DNA from: Candidatus Poribacteria bacterium
GTDB lineage: Bacteria; Poribacteria; WGA-4E; WGA-3G
Assembly (NCBI GenBank): GCA_963667365.1
Contig: OY763324.1
Coordinates: 4,606,509-4,670,508, forward strand
Length of the DNA: 64,000 bases
Reading direction: 5' to 3'
Below are positions 17,711 to 27,071 of the stretch, one piece after another (the first letter of the stretch is position 1; each line of letters starts with the position of its first letter). Under the pieces are notes generated by a model. The model saw only the letters and a program-made list of their open reading frames with translations, did no database searches and was not told the origin of the DNA. The position numbers and the translations under genes were made by a program.

Positions 17711-20704
17711 TCACTCTAATTTTGCCTGCTCTTCAGAACTTGATGGGTCTCCAAGCCAGAGTTCTACAGCCGGACTGCTTGCGATGCGTCTATTTCCAAC
17801 TGAAGCATTTATGACAAATGTATACGGTCTTGTCTGCTTATTTCCGGCGAACGGGTTTCGGCGTAGTTCGTTAGTACCGCTGGTAATAATGTTTGGTATA
17901 AGGGTTATTGTTGCCTCCGATTTACCTCTTCGGAGTACAGTGGTTTCTCGTTGGAGTCTCACTCCGAACGGTAATCCGACTACAGTTAGGTTCATGTTCT
18001 GTCGATTCCCATTACGTCTATTAACACTGACGGTAATATCAACCGGTCCATCTGGTGTTACTATAACTTCATTAGGGGTTGCAGATACGATGATGGGTGA
18101 GGACTCAGTAACACTCACAACCACGTTCTTGCGTTGTACAGTCTGATCATTATTCCGAATACGATATACCTGTATTGGGGTAGCTGCACGTCGTATCTTA
18201 TGTCCGGTTGCCGTATTCACAGTACCGACTACCTGAACGACGCTATGTGCCAAGTCCGCGTCTGCTGCAGCGGTCAGGGTTAGATACCCTTGGTTATTAC
18301 CACCTTCAGAAAGAATAGCACTCTGACTTGCTGTAATTCCTGGAGGTAGATTTTCAACTGAAAGTAGTATCGGTTCCGTAAACCCAACTCGACGTTGGAG
18401 TGTAACTTCCAACAACACTGTTCCACCCCGTCCAATGTTCGGATTGTCTGGTGTCACTGAAATAGCAAAGTCAGGAACGGTTGGACGTATGTCTAAGTGG
18501 TATACATAACCTGCTCCACCTTTACCAGATACATCTTCAACGCGAAGTGCATATTCCCCCGGACGTGCAAAACTGTAATCAATAATTGCATTTCGTCTGC
18601 CACCTCTACCAGCATTATTTCTTAATACCCGACCTTCCGCGCTTAACAATGTCAAGGAAGGACTCAGAGGAGAATTCAGTTTTTCTGCAGATAAATCGAT
18701 GGAATATCCACCGATATCTGCGAAAAATCCCCATGGACCGTATCCATTCGTAACCTTAACGAGAATTTTGTTCCTACCTTTTTTAACCGGTAATTCAATA
18801 ACGTCATCGCCTCGGTTTAAAGGTCTATGTACATATTTGCTGAAAATGAGTTTATCGTTTACCCATATCTTTATGGTGTCATCTGACCCAAGTGATAGGA
18901 TGTACTTCTGGTCCCGTTTAGATTGGAAGTAAGTTAGAGCATATCCAGTCACATCATCTTCTGGCACACTGGAAAAGACATTTTCGCCTCTACTGTTGGT
19001 TCTATACCATTTAATCCGTCTTCCCTCTTTTCCTACATATTCCTTCTTTAAATCAATTTCTATTTCAGGTGGGAAGACATTTTCATAACCTTTCTCGTCT
19101 GTGTTGTCAAATGGGTGAATCACCCACCAAGGACCGAGACGTGAACCTTCTTCAATAGTAAAGCGGTAATAGTCCACCTCTCCCGGTTTAGAAATACGTC
19201 CGCTGATCGCACCTGGGGTTGCGACTTGTTGTGAACTTTCAATCCGTTTGGCAATAAGCTGCCCCATCCGGACGACTTCTTCAGCGACAAAAGCGATGAT
19301 ACGATCCCGATCTGTGTCGGTAATATCAGCATTTTCTTTCCCTGCCATACGAGTGATGGTTGCTTCCCACTGTTCGGAGGTAAGTGCACGGTTTTCCGGT
19401 GAACGAAGCTCATGGCATGCTGTGCATTTACCTTGAAATAAAATTTCGGATTCAGCATTCTTAGCATGCTCTTCGTTTTCTTCAGCAATATCTGTGGCTT
19501 GGTTATCAGCATTTGCATCTACCGATTGTTCTACTTCCTCAGAATATTGGTTAGCGATAAATGGGAATATACCGTAAGAAGTACGTATGAGTGTTACCCC
19601 TGGCTGCTGATCACTCGGTAATTCAATTTCCAATTCAGTTTCTGGCAGATTTTCACCACCAATTGTGGTTTTAGTTTTAGTGCCAATTTTACCACCTGTT
19701 GGGTAAATATAGGTATTATATGGGACTACACCGATTATCAAACGGTATACAGAATCTGGATTTCCACGATAGAGTAGGTCTCGAATACGAAGGAAGTAAG
19801 TTCCATCATCAGGTAATGTATAGTCAATTAGTGGATCAAGACTAAAAAATCCGTTGCTGCGTGCAAGTTCCGTTCCTTGTGAATCAATTAAGGAGATAGT
19901 AGGATTAAAGAAGGTCTGGCTGATGTTGTTATATCTATATGCTTTTACATTGAAAACACATCGTTCTCCTTTTAATCCTTCAAAAGTGAAGTAATCTTCG
20001 TCACCACCTGAATTGATGACCCCATTGACAATGATCGGTAATTCAATATCAGATGCGGATTCGGTGTCGTTATTTGATTCAATCTCAACAGTATCAGGTA
20101 CATCTGTTACTTCAAAGGGCCATGCAGTAGAAGCACCGTTTTTACCAACGATACGAATTTCACGTACACCGATTTGGGCATCAGGTGCAATTTCTAACTC
20201 AACAGTCATGCCACCTGTTGCCTTCGCGGCAGATTTTAGGTAATGAACGATGTTTGTTTGATCGTCTTCACTGATTTCTGCACCTTTGTCCTGCACCATA
20301 CGTTTTACAACAGCTGTCCACTGTGTTCCTGTCATAGAACGATTGCTTGGGGAACGGAGTTCATGACACTGACCACAATTCGCTTCAAAAACAGGTTTAT
20401 GCGTTTCATCAACTTCCCCACCACCTGGATTGAGTTTTCCAGTGATGCCAGGGTCACCTTCAACAATAAGTGTATGCGCACCGTCTAAATCTGAACCTTG
20501 TATTTTTACCTCAACCGTTTTTCCAACTTGTGCTCCTGCGGGAAAAAGAGAATTTAGACGTGGAGTGGCTTGAGCAAACACAGTAATAGGCGCACACATT
20601 GAAACAAGGAACATCAATAGCAGAATCTGTTGTACTCTTAACATTGAAATGAAGTTGAATTGTTGATTATTACAGAATAAAATAAACTTATTTCGTACCC
20701 ACAT
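17711..20704 (-). CDS. Secreted Planctomycete-type cytochrome c (PSCyt) domain protein with Ig-like domains
   Basis: Signal peptide. Two CxxCH motifs (CGQCHELRS, CTACHELRS), each followed by ...W...RM. Confidence 0.6.
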   Translation of the reverse strand: MWVRNKFILFCNNQQFNFISMLRVQQILLLMFLVSMCAPITVFAQATPRLNSLFPAGAQVGKTVEVKIQGSDLDGAHTLIVEGDPGITGKLNPGGGEVDETHKPVFEANCGQCHELRSPSNRSMTGTQWTAVVKRMVQDKGAEISEDDQTNIVHYLKSAAKATGGMTVELEIAPDAQIGVREIRIVGKNGASTAWPFEVTDVPDTVEIESNNDTESASDIELPIIVNGVINSGGDEDYFTFEGLKGERCVFNVKAYRYNNISQTFFNPTISLIDSQGTELARSNGFFSLDPLIDYTLPDDGTYFLRIRDLLYRGNPDSVYRLIIGVVPYNTYIYPTGGKIGTKTKTTIGGENLPETELEIELPSDQQPGVTLIRTSYGIFPFIANQYSEEVEQSVDANADNQATDIAEENEEHAKNAESEILFQGKCTACHELRSPENRALTSEQWEATITRMAGKENADITDTDRDRIIAFVAEEVVRMGQLIAKRIESSQQVATPGAISGRISKPGEVDYYRFTIEEGSRLGPWWVIHPFDNTDEKGYENVFPPEIEIDLKKEYVGKEGRRIKWYRTNSRGENVFSSVPEDDVTGYALTYFQSKRDQKYILSLGSDDTIKIWVNDKLIFSKYVHRPLNRGDDVIELPVKKGRNKILVKVTNGYGPWGFFADIGGYSIDLSAEKLNSPLSPSLTLLSAEGRVLRNNAGRGGRRNAIIDYSFARPGEYALRVEDVSGKGGAGYVYHLDIRPTVPDFAISVTPDNPNIGRGGTVLLEVTLQRRVGFTEPILLSVENLPPGITASQSAILSEGGNNQGYLTLTAAADADLAHSVVQVVGTVNTATGHKIRRAATPIQVYRIRNNDQTVQRKNVVVSVTESSPIIVSATPNEVIVTPDGPVDITVSVNRRNGNRQNMNLTVVGLPFGVRLQRETTVLRRGKSEATITLIPNIITSGTNELRRNPFAGNKQTRPYTFVINASVGNRRIASSPAVELWLGDPSSSEEQAKLE

Positions 20705-20762
20705 TGAATGTTACCTCCACAATGTTCGGAAATTGATTTCAAACTCCTACCACTATACTCCA

Positions 20763-21815
20763 TTAGAATTCGTGGGTTAATCTATTGTTTTGGATATTCC
20801 AGATTCGGACTTTTCCATCACGGCTACCAGCTGCAACACGATTCCCATCTCGACTTATTTTTACCGCGTAAACAGCATCTGTAGGTTCATTAAAAGTTCT
20901 GCGTCTGTTTCCAGATAGAATATCCCAAATTATCACGGATGAATCTGCACTCCCGGATGCGATAACTTCTTGATTATTCCATACGCCGCAATCTACACTA
21001 TAAACAGGACCTTGATGTCCATTAAAAGTGCGATCTGCAGAACCTCGTGTATTACCATTGTTGTCTTGTGTTACTCGCCAAGATCTGACTGTGTTATCTG
21101 CAGAACCGGAAACAATTAGGTTTGATCGTGTTCCATACGCAAGGGAATAGACAGAATCATCATTGCCATCAAAACTAACAAGGACCGTATAGTCATCAGG
21201 ATTCCACACTTTTAGTGTCTTATCTTCACTGCCAGTTACGAAATAATTTCCGTTCGGATGGTATAGTGCACAGAGTACTCTGCCCACGTGTTGTGTTAAC
21301 CATTTTGCCTGATCGTCTAAAGGTGTATCATCATCAAGATTTTCTAAATCGATGACAGCACTAAATTCGTCCATACTGGCAGTGAGTAATTTTGCATTAT
21401 CAGGACTGATAGCGATAGATTCAATTGTATCGGCATGAATCTCAAATGTATTGATGAGTTCTTCTGTAGCGACATTCCACATACGAATTTCACCACTACG
21501 TGCTGCCTGACCACCGCCTGCATACAACAATCTACCATCAGATGAAAACTTCAGACATCTGACTCGACCAGCGTGTGGTTCGTATGCATGGATCATTTCC
21601 TTTGACTCTAAATCCCAGAGTTCAACCCACTGATATTTACCGACTGCCAGTGTTTTTCCATCTGGACTAAATTCAAGTGCCCAGATAGGAGATAACGCCA
21701 CAGCTCTTTCTTGTGATTTTTCGTCTGCTTGTATAATAATATTCCCAATCAGAGAAATAAGAAAAAGCAATAGGATTGATAAGAAGGAAAGAATTTTTTT
21801 ATTACGGTTTTTCAT
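20763..21815 (-). CDS. Secreted WD40 beta-propeller repeat protein
   Basis: Signal peptide. Repeated ...SGSADNTVRSW / GSRDGKVRIW WD motifs. Confidence 0.7.
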   Translation of the reverse strand: MKNRNKKILSFLSILLLFLISLIGNIIIQADEKSQERAVALSPIWALEFSPDGKTLAVGKYQWVELWDLESKEMIHAYEPHAGRVRCLKFSSDGRLLYAGGGQAARSGEIRMWNVATEELINTFEIHADTIESIAISPDNAKLLTASMDEFSAVIDLENLDDDTPLDDQAKWLTQHVGRVLCALYHPNGNYFVTGSEDKTLKVWNPDDYTVLVSFDGNDDSVYSLAYGTRSNLIVSGSADNTVRSWRVTQDNNGNTRGSADRTFNGHQGPVYSVDCGVWNNQEVIASGSADSSVIIWDILSGNRRRTFNEPTDAVYAVKISRDGNRVAAGSRDGKVRIWNIQNNRLTHEF

Positions 21816-22031
21816 TTGTCAATTCTATTTGTAATAACGAGGGTGGGTCATTATGATGAGAAAATAGGGAAGGATTGTAGTAGGAGATACAGTGAAATCT
21901 GCTACAACAAGTTACCCAATGTTATCCGATGTTCAGACAACAAAAACGTCCCAGCCTCTGTTAGCAGCAGATAGCGTGAGATCAACGGACAACTGTTGAT
22001 CTCGCGCAATATGATAGAGTGCGTTTTCTGA

Positions 22032-23345
22032 CTAAGCCAAGACACCCCGGATTGGTCGTCCGCCTCGTGAAAGGACAATACGGACACCATCAGGAGATTC
22101 AATGCTCTGATTGTAATCAATACCGAGACTCTGATAGATGGTTGCTGACAAGTCTTCAGGTTTGACAGGTGTCTCGGCAGGTTCCATTCCAAAGGGATCG
22201 GATGCACCAACAACTTGTCCACCTTCGACTCCTCCACCTGCTAACATAATAGAGAAAACACGTGGATGATGGTCACGTCCACCGTTTCGGTTGATGACAG
22301 GAGTTCTACCGAATTCACCCATAGCAACTACGAGTGTGCTGTCAAGTAAGCCACGTTCTGAGAGATCATTAATCAGTGTAGCCATTGTCTGGTCAAATGC
22401 ATTGAGTTTCCCCGGCAAAAATGAGAAAATATTGTTGTGGTTATCCCAACCGCCATTACTGACAGTGACAAAGTTAACCCCAGCTTCAACAAGTCTTCGT
22501 GCAAGGAGACAACTTTGACCAAATGTGTCACGTCGATACGCCTCGCGTGTATTTTTGGGTTCCTTTGACAGGTCAAATGCCGCGCGAGCGTCCTCTGAAC
22601 TCATTAGATTGTAAGCTGCATTATAGAAGTCATCCATGGCTTCAACCCTTGGATTCCCTGCCTCATATTTCTTAAATGCGTTATCAACAGCTTGACGCAG
22701 GTCCTTTCGGTCTTCGACGCGTTCATAAGAGACCTCTCTTGGAGGTTCTAAATCTCGGACTTTGAAATTATTACTCGCTGGGTTACCATCCGGCGAAAAC
22801 GGGTCAAGTGATGCTCCTAAGAATCCTCCACCTGCGTAAGCGACTGGTGAGGGAATAGCGATATAAGGTGGCAAAGCACTCCGTTGTTCTTTGAGTTCGG
22901 CGACAACAGCACCATGACCAGGAACAGCAAATCCGGGCAATGGTTGATAACCTGTAATCATATAATGTGTTCCCCGTTCATGTGCAGCTTCGGGAGATGT
23001 CATAGAACGTATGATACAGAGTTTATCAGTTTGTTTTGCAAGCCTTGGCATATGTTCACTAATTTGTATACCGTTGACATTTGTCGGAATAGGTTTAAAC
23101 AGACCACGGATCTCTTCAGGTGCATTGGGTTTAAGATCCCACATATCAAGATGACTTGGACCTCCACCTAACCAAACAAGAATAACAGATTTGGCAGATG
23201 CTGGGTTAGCAGTTGGTTTTGCATACGCTTTTAATCGGAAAAAGTCTGTAAGACCGAACCCAAAAAGACCAAGGACACCAGCCTTAATAAGATCTCTGCG
23301 ATAAAATCCTTCGCAGTCTGTATTTGTGCAGTTTCTTTCGGGCAT
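22032..23345 (-). CDS. DUF1501 family protein (sulfatase-like, Tat-secreted), the usual partner of PSCyt/DUF1549-DUF1553 proteins in Planctomycetes/Verrucomicrobia
   Basis: Twin-arginine signal RRDLIKAGVLGL. ...GGWDNHNN...GEFGRTP...GRDHH motifs. Confidence 0.7.
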   Translation of the reverse strand: MPERNCTNTDCEGFYRRDLIKAGVLGLFGFGLTDFFRLKAYAKPTANPASAKSVILVWLGGGPSHLDMWDLKPNAPEEIRGLFKPIPTNVNGIQISEHMPRLAKQTDKLCIIRSMTSPEAAHERGTHYMITGYQPLPGFAVPGHGAVVAELKEQRSALPPYIAIPSPVAYAGGGFLGASLDPFSPDGNPASNNFKVRDLEPPREVSYERVEDRKDLRQAVDNAFKKYEAGNPRVEAMDDFYNAAYNLMSSEDARAAFDLSKEPKNTREAYRRDTFGQSCLLARRLVEAGVNFVTVSNGGWDNHNNIFSFLPGKLNAFDQTMATLINDLSERGLLDSTLVVAMGEFGRTPVINRNGGRDHHPRVFSIMLAGGGVEGGQVVGASDPFGMEPAETPVKPEDLSATIYQSLGIDYNQSIESPDGVRIVLSRGGRPIRGVLA

Positions 23346-23661
23346 AGTTGTTCTCCTAAAATTGGTTAGCAGTTATCTCATAATTCTAAAAACTATCAAC
23401 ACTCATGAGATATATTCCAATATGTTGGATGTCTATATGTCAAGATGACCGTTGACAAGTTGAACATTCATTTCACTAACATTGTTGCTTATTATATCGG
23501 AGGGTTTTACCTTGGTGATATGCGAAATATGGAACGAAAACCATCCTAACCGCACTTCAAGATATCAGATTGATTAATTATATCGTATTAAAAGGTGTAT
23601 GTCAAGGGAAAATGACACAAATCAAAGTCATGTTATTTATACTGTTTCTTAGGAATTATTT

Positions 23662-25122
23662 CTACATTCTTTGACGAAGTCTTAGTGCTCTGAGCCATCT
23701 TTGTGCTTTAGGAACTGAAGTATCAAATGGTTCTTTCATTTCATAACATTCAGTTTGTCCAGCATAAATGTGGTGCCAGTCAACTATACACGGCATTTTC
23801 TGTTTTTTTAGGTTTCGCATTAGATACCCGCGGACTCTTGCACGAGTATCACGAGGAGCATTGCTAATTGCATGACTAATTTGGTCATCAGTGATTACAC
23901 GTCTGATACATCCTTCACTTTGAAGTGCATAGAATATTCCGTTATCAGGATCAATATTGTGATATTCTAAATCGAGACTTTTGAGCCATGGGTCGTCCCA
24001 TGTCAGTTCCTCTTCAGTTATTAGTGCCTCAAGAAACCACTTTTTTGCCGCCCAATCAAGGCGAGTTGTAAGGCGGGTCCAATCTACTTCAAGGTCATTA
24101 AGTACAGTTTCCCATTCCGTGATGACCCATTGTGCCGTTTCATCAGGGTTGGTTATTACCTCTTGTACAAAGTTTAGGTACTCTCGCTGAATGTCAATAG
24201 CAGATACCGTTCTGCCGTTTTGCAGATCAACCTGCCATTCAAGGGTGGTATCCCGTGAGATATGTTTGATAGCAGCAATGGGATCCATAAGTTCAAGGTT
24301 AGGAATAGGTAGTTTTTCACCATGAATGTCAAAATGTTTCTCAATTGCATCAAGTACAAGTGCAGTTGTGCCTACCTTGAGTGCCGTCGCATACTCCGAC
24401 ATGTTAGAGTCCCCGACAAGTAGATGAAGTCTGCGGTATTTTGTATAGTCGCTAAGCGGTTCGTCCCGAGTATTGATAATCGCGCGGCTAAACTGAATCC
24501 ATTCATAGATTTCAGTGACGATATGATCCGCCCTTTGTGATATTTGGTAACCGAGAAAGTCGTCAACACTGTATTGTCCATCTCCAAATTCAAGGATGTC
24601 ATCGTACCCACCTACTCTACCAGCACCTGCGAAAATTTGCCGCGTTACGAAAAACGGAAGGAGAGTAGGAATAACGATTCTATAGAAAGGAACATCTCGT
24701 CGCGCCTGAAAGTTTTCATGGCAACCAAATGTAGCACCTGTAAAATGATCTATGTTATTTTTGTAAAAGGCTACGTGAGAGGACCGACCGGTATCTTGTA
24801 GAATTGCTGTTATGACGTGTTCAATGGCTTTATCATAAGCTATAAGGTCAAAAAGGTTGGCACATTCTGGTGTGGCATATTCAAGATGTCCCATATCAAT
24901 GTAGAGTCTGCCACCATTGAAGAGAAAACCACCATTACCTGGAGGTTCGCCCCAATCACGATAGTGGAGATCGGGAATACCGAGTTGAACTTCTTTGAAA
25001 ACATAGTCCCTAACGTTCGCAGCAACACCTTCAGGGGATACCTTTATACGCTGTGTTTGCATTGTCTGCGGCTGAATCATGCATCCAAATTCAGTTTCGA
25101 TTCCCATTATTCTGTAAGTCAC
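23662..25122 (-). CDS. pafA: Pup (UBact) ligase PafA
   Basis: MTYRIMGIETEFG N-terminus of the PafA/Dop carboxylate-amine ligase family. No Dop-loop insertion. Positioned downstream of prcA. Confidence 0.8.
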   Translation of the reverse strand: MTYRIMGIETEFGCMIQPQTMQTQRIKVSPEGVAANVRDYVFKEVQLGIPDLHYRDWGEPPGNGGFLFNGGRLYIDMGHLEYATPECANLFDLIAYDKAIEHVITAILQDTGRSSHVAFYKNNIDHFTGATFGCHENFQARRDVPFYRIVIPTLLPFFVTRQIFAGAGRVGGYDDILEFGDGQYSVDDFLGYQISQRADHIVTEIYEWIQFSRAIINTRDEPLSDYTKYRRLHLLVGDSNMSEYATALKVGTTALVLDAIEKHFDIHGEKLPIPNLELMDPIAAIKHISRDTTLEWQVDLQNGRTVSAIDIQREYLNFVQEVITNPDETAQWVITEWETVLNDLEVDWTRLTTRLDWAAKKWFLEALITEEELTWDDPWLKSLDLEYHNIDPDNGIFYALQSEGCIRRVITDDQISHAISNAPRDTRARVRGYLMRNLKKQKMPCIVDWHHIYAGQTECYEMKEPFDTSVPKAQRWLRALRLRQRM

Positions 25123-25171
25123 GGATTTGTTCCTTTATTGGATAGTTGGAATCATCCATCGGTTGCCATTA

Positions 25172-25939
25172 TCATTTTTCGGTAAAAGCCTTAATTTCAT
25201 CTTGAGTTAGAATACGGAATTTAGTGTCTGAAGGTAGCGTATCATCTAATATACCTACTTCTATTTCTCCATCCTCCAATTCTGTCTTTATGATGTCATC
25301 TATCTGTTCGTCCGTTACTTCTGCATCATCTTCTGCTTCTTCAAAACGTTGACTTAATAATCTGCCAACTGCCCATGTTTTGAGTCCTAACTGTAACGCA
25401 ACGGTAAAACTTCGATCCGAATCAGTTTCTGTTGCCGCAAGGTAGTCTTGCATAGCATTTTCGATTTCCATGGTTCCACCAATCACTGCTGACTCATGGT
25501 GGATGTTGACATTTCCATCGTAGTTAATATGTGTAAATTGTGACGTAGCATCTCCATCGCCAATTTCAACAAGGAGCATTTTGATAATGTATGCCTCACC
25601 AGCAATTGCTTCAAATGCCTGTTTGAAGGTGTGTGCCAATACATAATGAGTTAATCGATGTAAATTCACATCTTCAGTGGCACTTTGAAATGCTTGGACG
25701 CTTGCAGTATCTGTAACAAGCATTCGAAGACGTTCAATGTCGGCAGGGTGACCGATAGCAGAGAGGGCAATTCTGTCATGAACTTCAAATATTTTCTGTG
25801 CACCTTTCGTAACAGTTAAAAGGAGGCTGCCTTTTTCATAAGGTAATCCGACGACAGGACTACCGAGTCTAAGTTGGTCTTCAATATAGTCGCGCCGGTC
25901 CTGAATTGCTTCAATCCAACGATACGGCAGATCACGCAT
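25172..25939 (-). CDS. prcA: Proteasome alpha subunit (ORF open from 25960; likely start MRDLPY at 25939, overlapping the prcB stop as TAATG)
   Basis: ...YRWIEAIQDRRDYIEDQLRLGSPVVGL alpha-type N-terminus. Acidic C-terminal tail. Confidence 0.8.
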   Translation of the reverse strand: MRDLPYRWIEAIQDRRDYIEDQLRLGSPVVGLPYEKGSLLLTVTKGAQKIFEVHDRIALSAIGHPADIERLRMLVTDTASVQAFQSATEDVNLHRLTHYVLAHTFKQAFEAIAGEAYIIKMLLVEIGDGDATSQFTHINYDGNVNIHHESAVIGGTMEIENAMQDYLAATETDSDRSFTVALQLGLKTWAVGRLLSQRFEEAEDDAEVTDEQIDDIIKTELEDGEIEVGILDDTLPSDTKFRILTQDEIKAFTEK

Positions 25940-26820
25940 TATGTAGCCTCCACATAACAATCTTTTAAGAATTCATCGGTGAGAGTTTCTACTCCCTGTT
26001 GTGTAATGGTTTTGACAGTAGGAAATATTTCGGCTTTTGCGTTGTATCCGCTGGTTGCCGCATCATATTCGCTTGCTGTATCAAGCAGTCGTAGGATAGT
26101 GATGGTTGCCAGTCGTTGATCCATATCCTCTAATCGAGTATCACCCCATCGATCAATATAACGTAATACCCCTCGGATCCATATTGAACCCGAACCTGTC
26201 GTAGCAAAGTCTACATTCTCAAAGTGTGCGCCGAGTGCATCGTAGAAGTAAATTTTCCCACCGTTCTCAGATTCATCTTTTTGTGGAGTATACAAAGCAA
26301 AGATTGGGATTACCGCGCCGATGCCTTGCATTGCCATTGGCAGATTATCACGTATAAGACGTGAAAGCGTTCGGAGTTTACCTTCAACACTCAATTCCTG
26401 AAGTTGGCTTCGTCTGAAATATTGGAATGAGTGTTTTAAGACACGTGCTATCTCATAAGCCATTGCAGGTGCACCAGAGATAGCAAGAACAGAATGCGTA
26501 TCAATTGGTAAGACTTTCTCAGCACGGTCATGAACAACGGAAGTTCCAGCAGTTGCGCGCCGATCTCCTGCGATGATAATTCCATCTTGATATCGCACAG
26601 CAACAACCGTCGTGGCTTCCGGTATTTCCAGTGTAGAGCCAGGAGTTTGTTCCCCTTGGGAGAGAAACTGATTAGTATCGCGCAACGGTTTTTTGCCGAC
26701 ACTAAAAAGGTCATGCTTTGCGATCATTTCAACTTCTGATGTGTTGAAGGCGACTTCAGTATCATCTGGCAAGGTGGCTGAATGTTTTAATAAACTGAGA
26801 AAGTCACCTTTATGGTTCAT
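25939..26820 (-). CDS. prcB: Proteasome beta subunit with propeptide
   Basis: Propeptide followed by ...ATTVVAVRYQDGIIIAGDRRAT (N-terminal Thr nucleophile after processing). Confidence 0.8.
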   Translation of the reverse strand: MNHKGDFLSLLKHSATLPDDTEVAFNTSEVEMIAKHDLFSVGKKPLRDTNQFLSQGEQTPGSTLEIPEATTVVAVRYQDGIIIAGDRRATAGTSVVHDRAEKVLPIDTHSVLAISGAPAMAYEIARVLKHSFQYFRRSQLQELSVEGKLRTLSRLIRDNLPMAMQGIGAVIPIFALYTPQKDESENGGKIYFYDALGAHFENVDFATTGSGSIWIRGVLRYIDRWGDTRLEDMDQRLATITILRLLDTASEYDAATSGYNAKAEIFPTVKTITQQGVETLTDEFLKDCYVEAT

Positions 26821-27017
26821 TATTCCCCCGTTCTTTGTCGGTACCGCCGGGATTGGTCTTTGTCAACGCGGCGCATACGTTTTAACAGTTCTTGTGTATC
26901 CGGTCTGTTGACATCGGGACGTTTCGGTGCGTTACTATCGTCTCCACCATCATCGGGTTCAACTGGTTTTACCGGTCTTTGTTTACGTTCGGGGAAAAAG
27001 GCAGTCTGGTCTTTCAT
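26820..27017 (-). CDS. pup: Pup-like small protein modifier (UBact-like): 65 aa, disordered, C-terminus ...RQRTGE
   Basis: Sits in the canonical pup slot between dop and prcB. Stop overlaps the prcB ATG by 1 nt (ATAATG). Low-complexity charged sequence ending in Gly-Glu. Confidence 0.6.
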   Translation of the reverse strand: MKDQTAFFPERKQRPVKPVEPDDGGDDSNAPKRPDVNRPDTQELLKRMRRVDKDQSRRYRQRTGE

Positions 27018-27071
27018 TTGAAATATCTCCTTAATCTACTATACGGAAGCAGTTTGCATTACAAACCGTGG

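Noticed and set aside
26820-27017. Considered dismissing the pup-slot ORF as spurious because it is basic and ends TGE rather than GGQ
   Set aside because: Position, translational coupling and similarity to the UBact-type terminus argue it is real, so it is kept as a feature with moderate confidence.
26812-27021. Plus-strand 69-aa ORF over the pup region
   Set aside because: Opposite strand to the whole operon. The minus-strand ORF has the start-stop overlap with prcB that is expected for pup.
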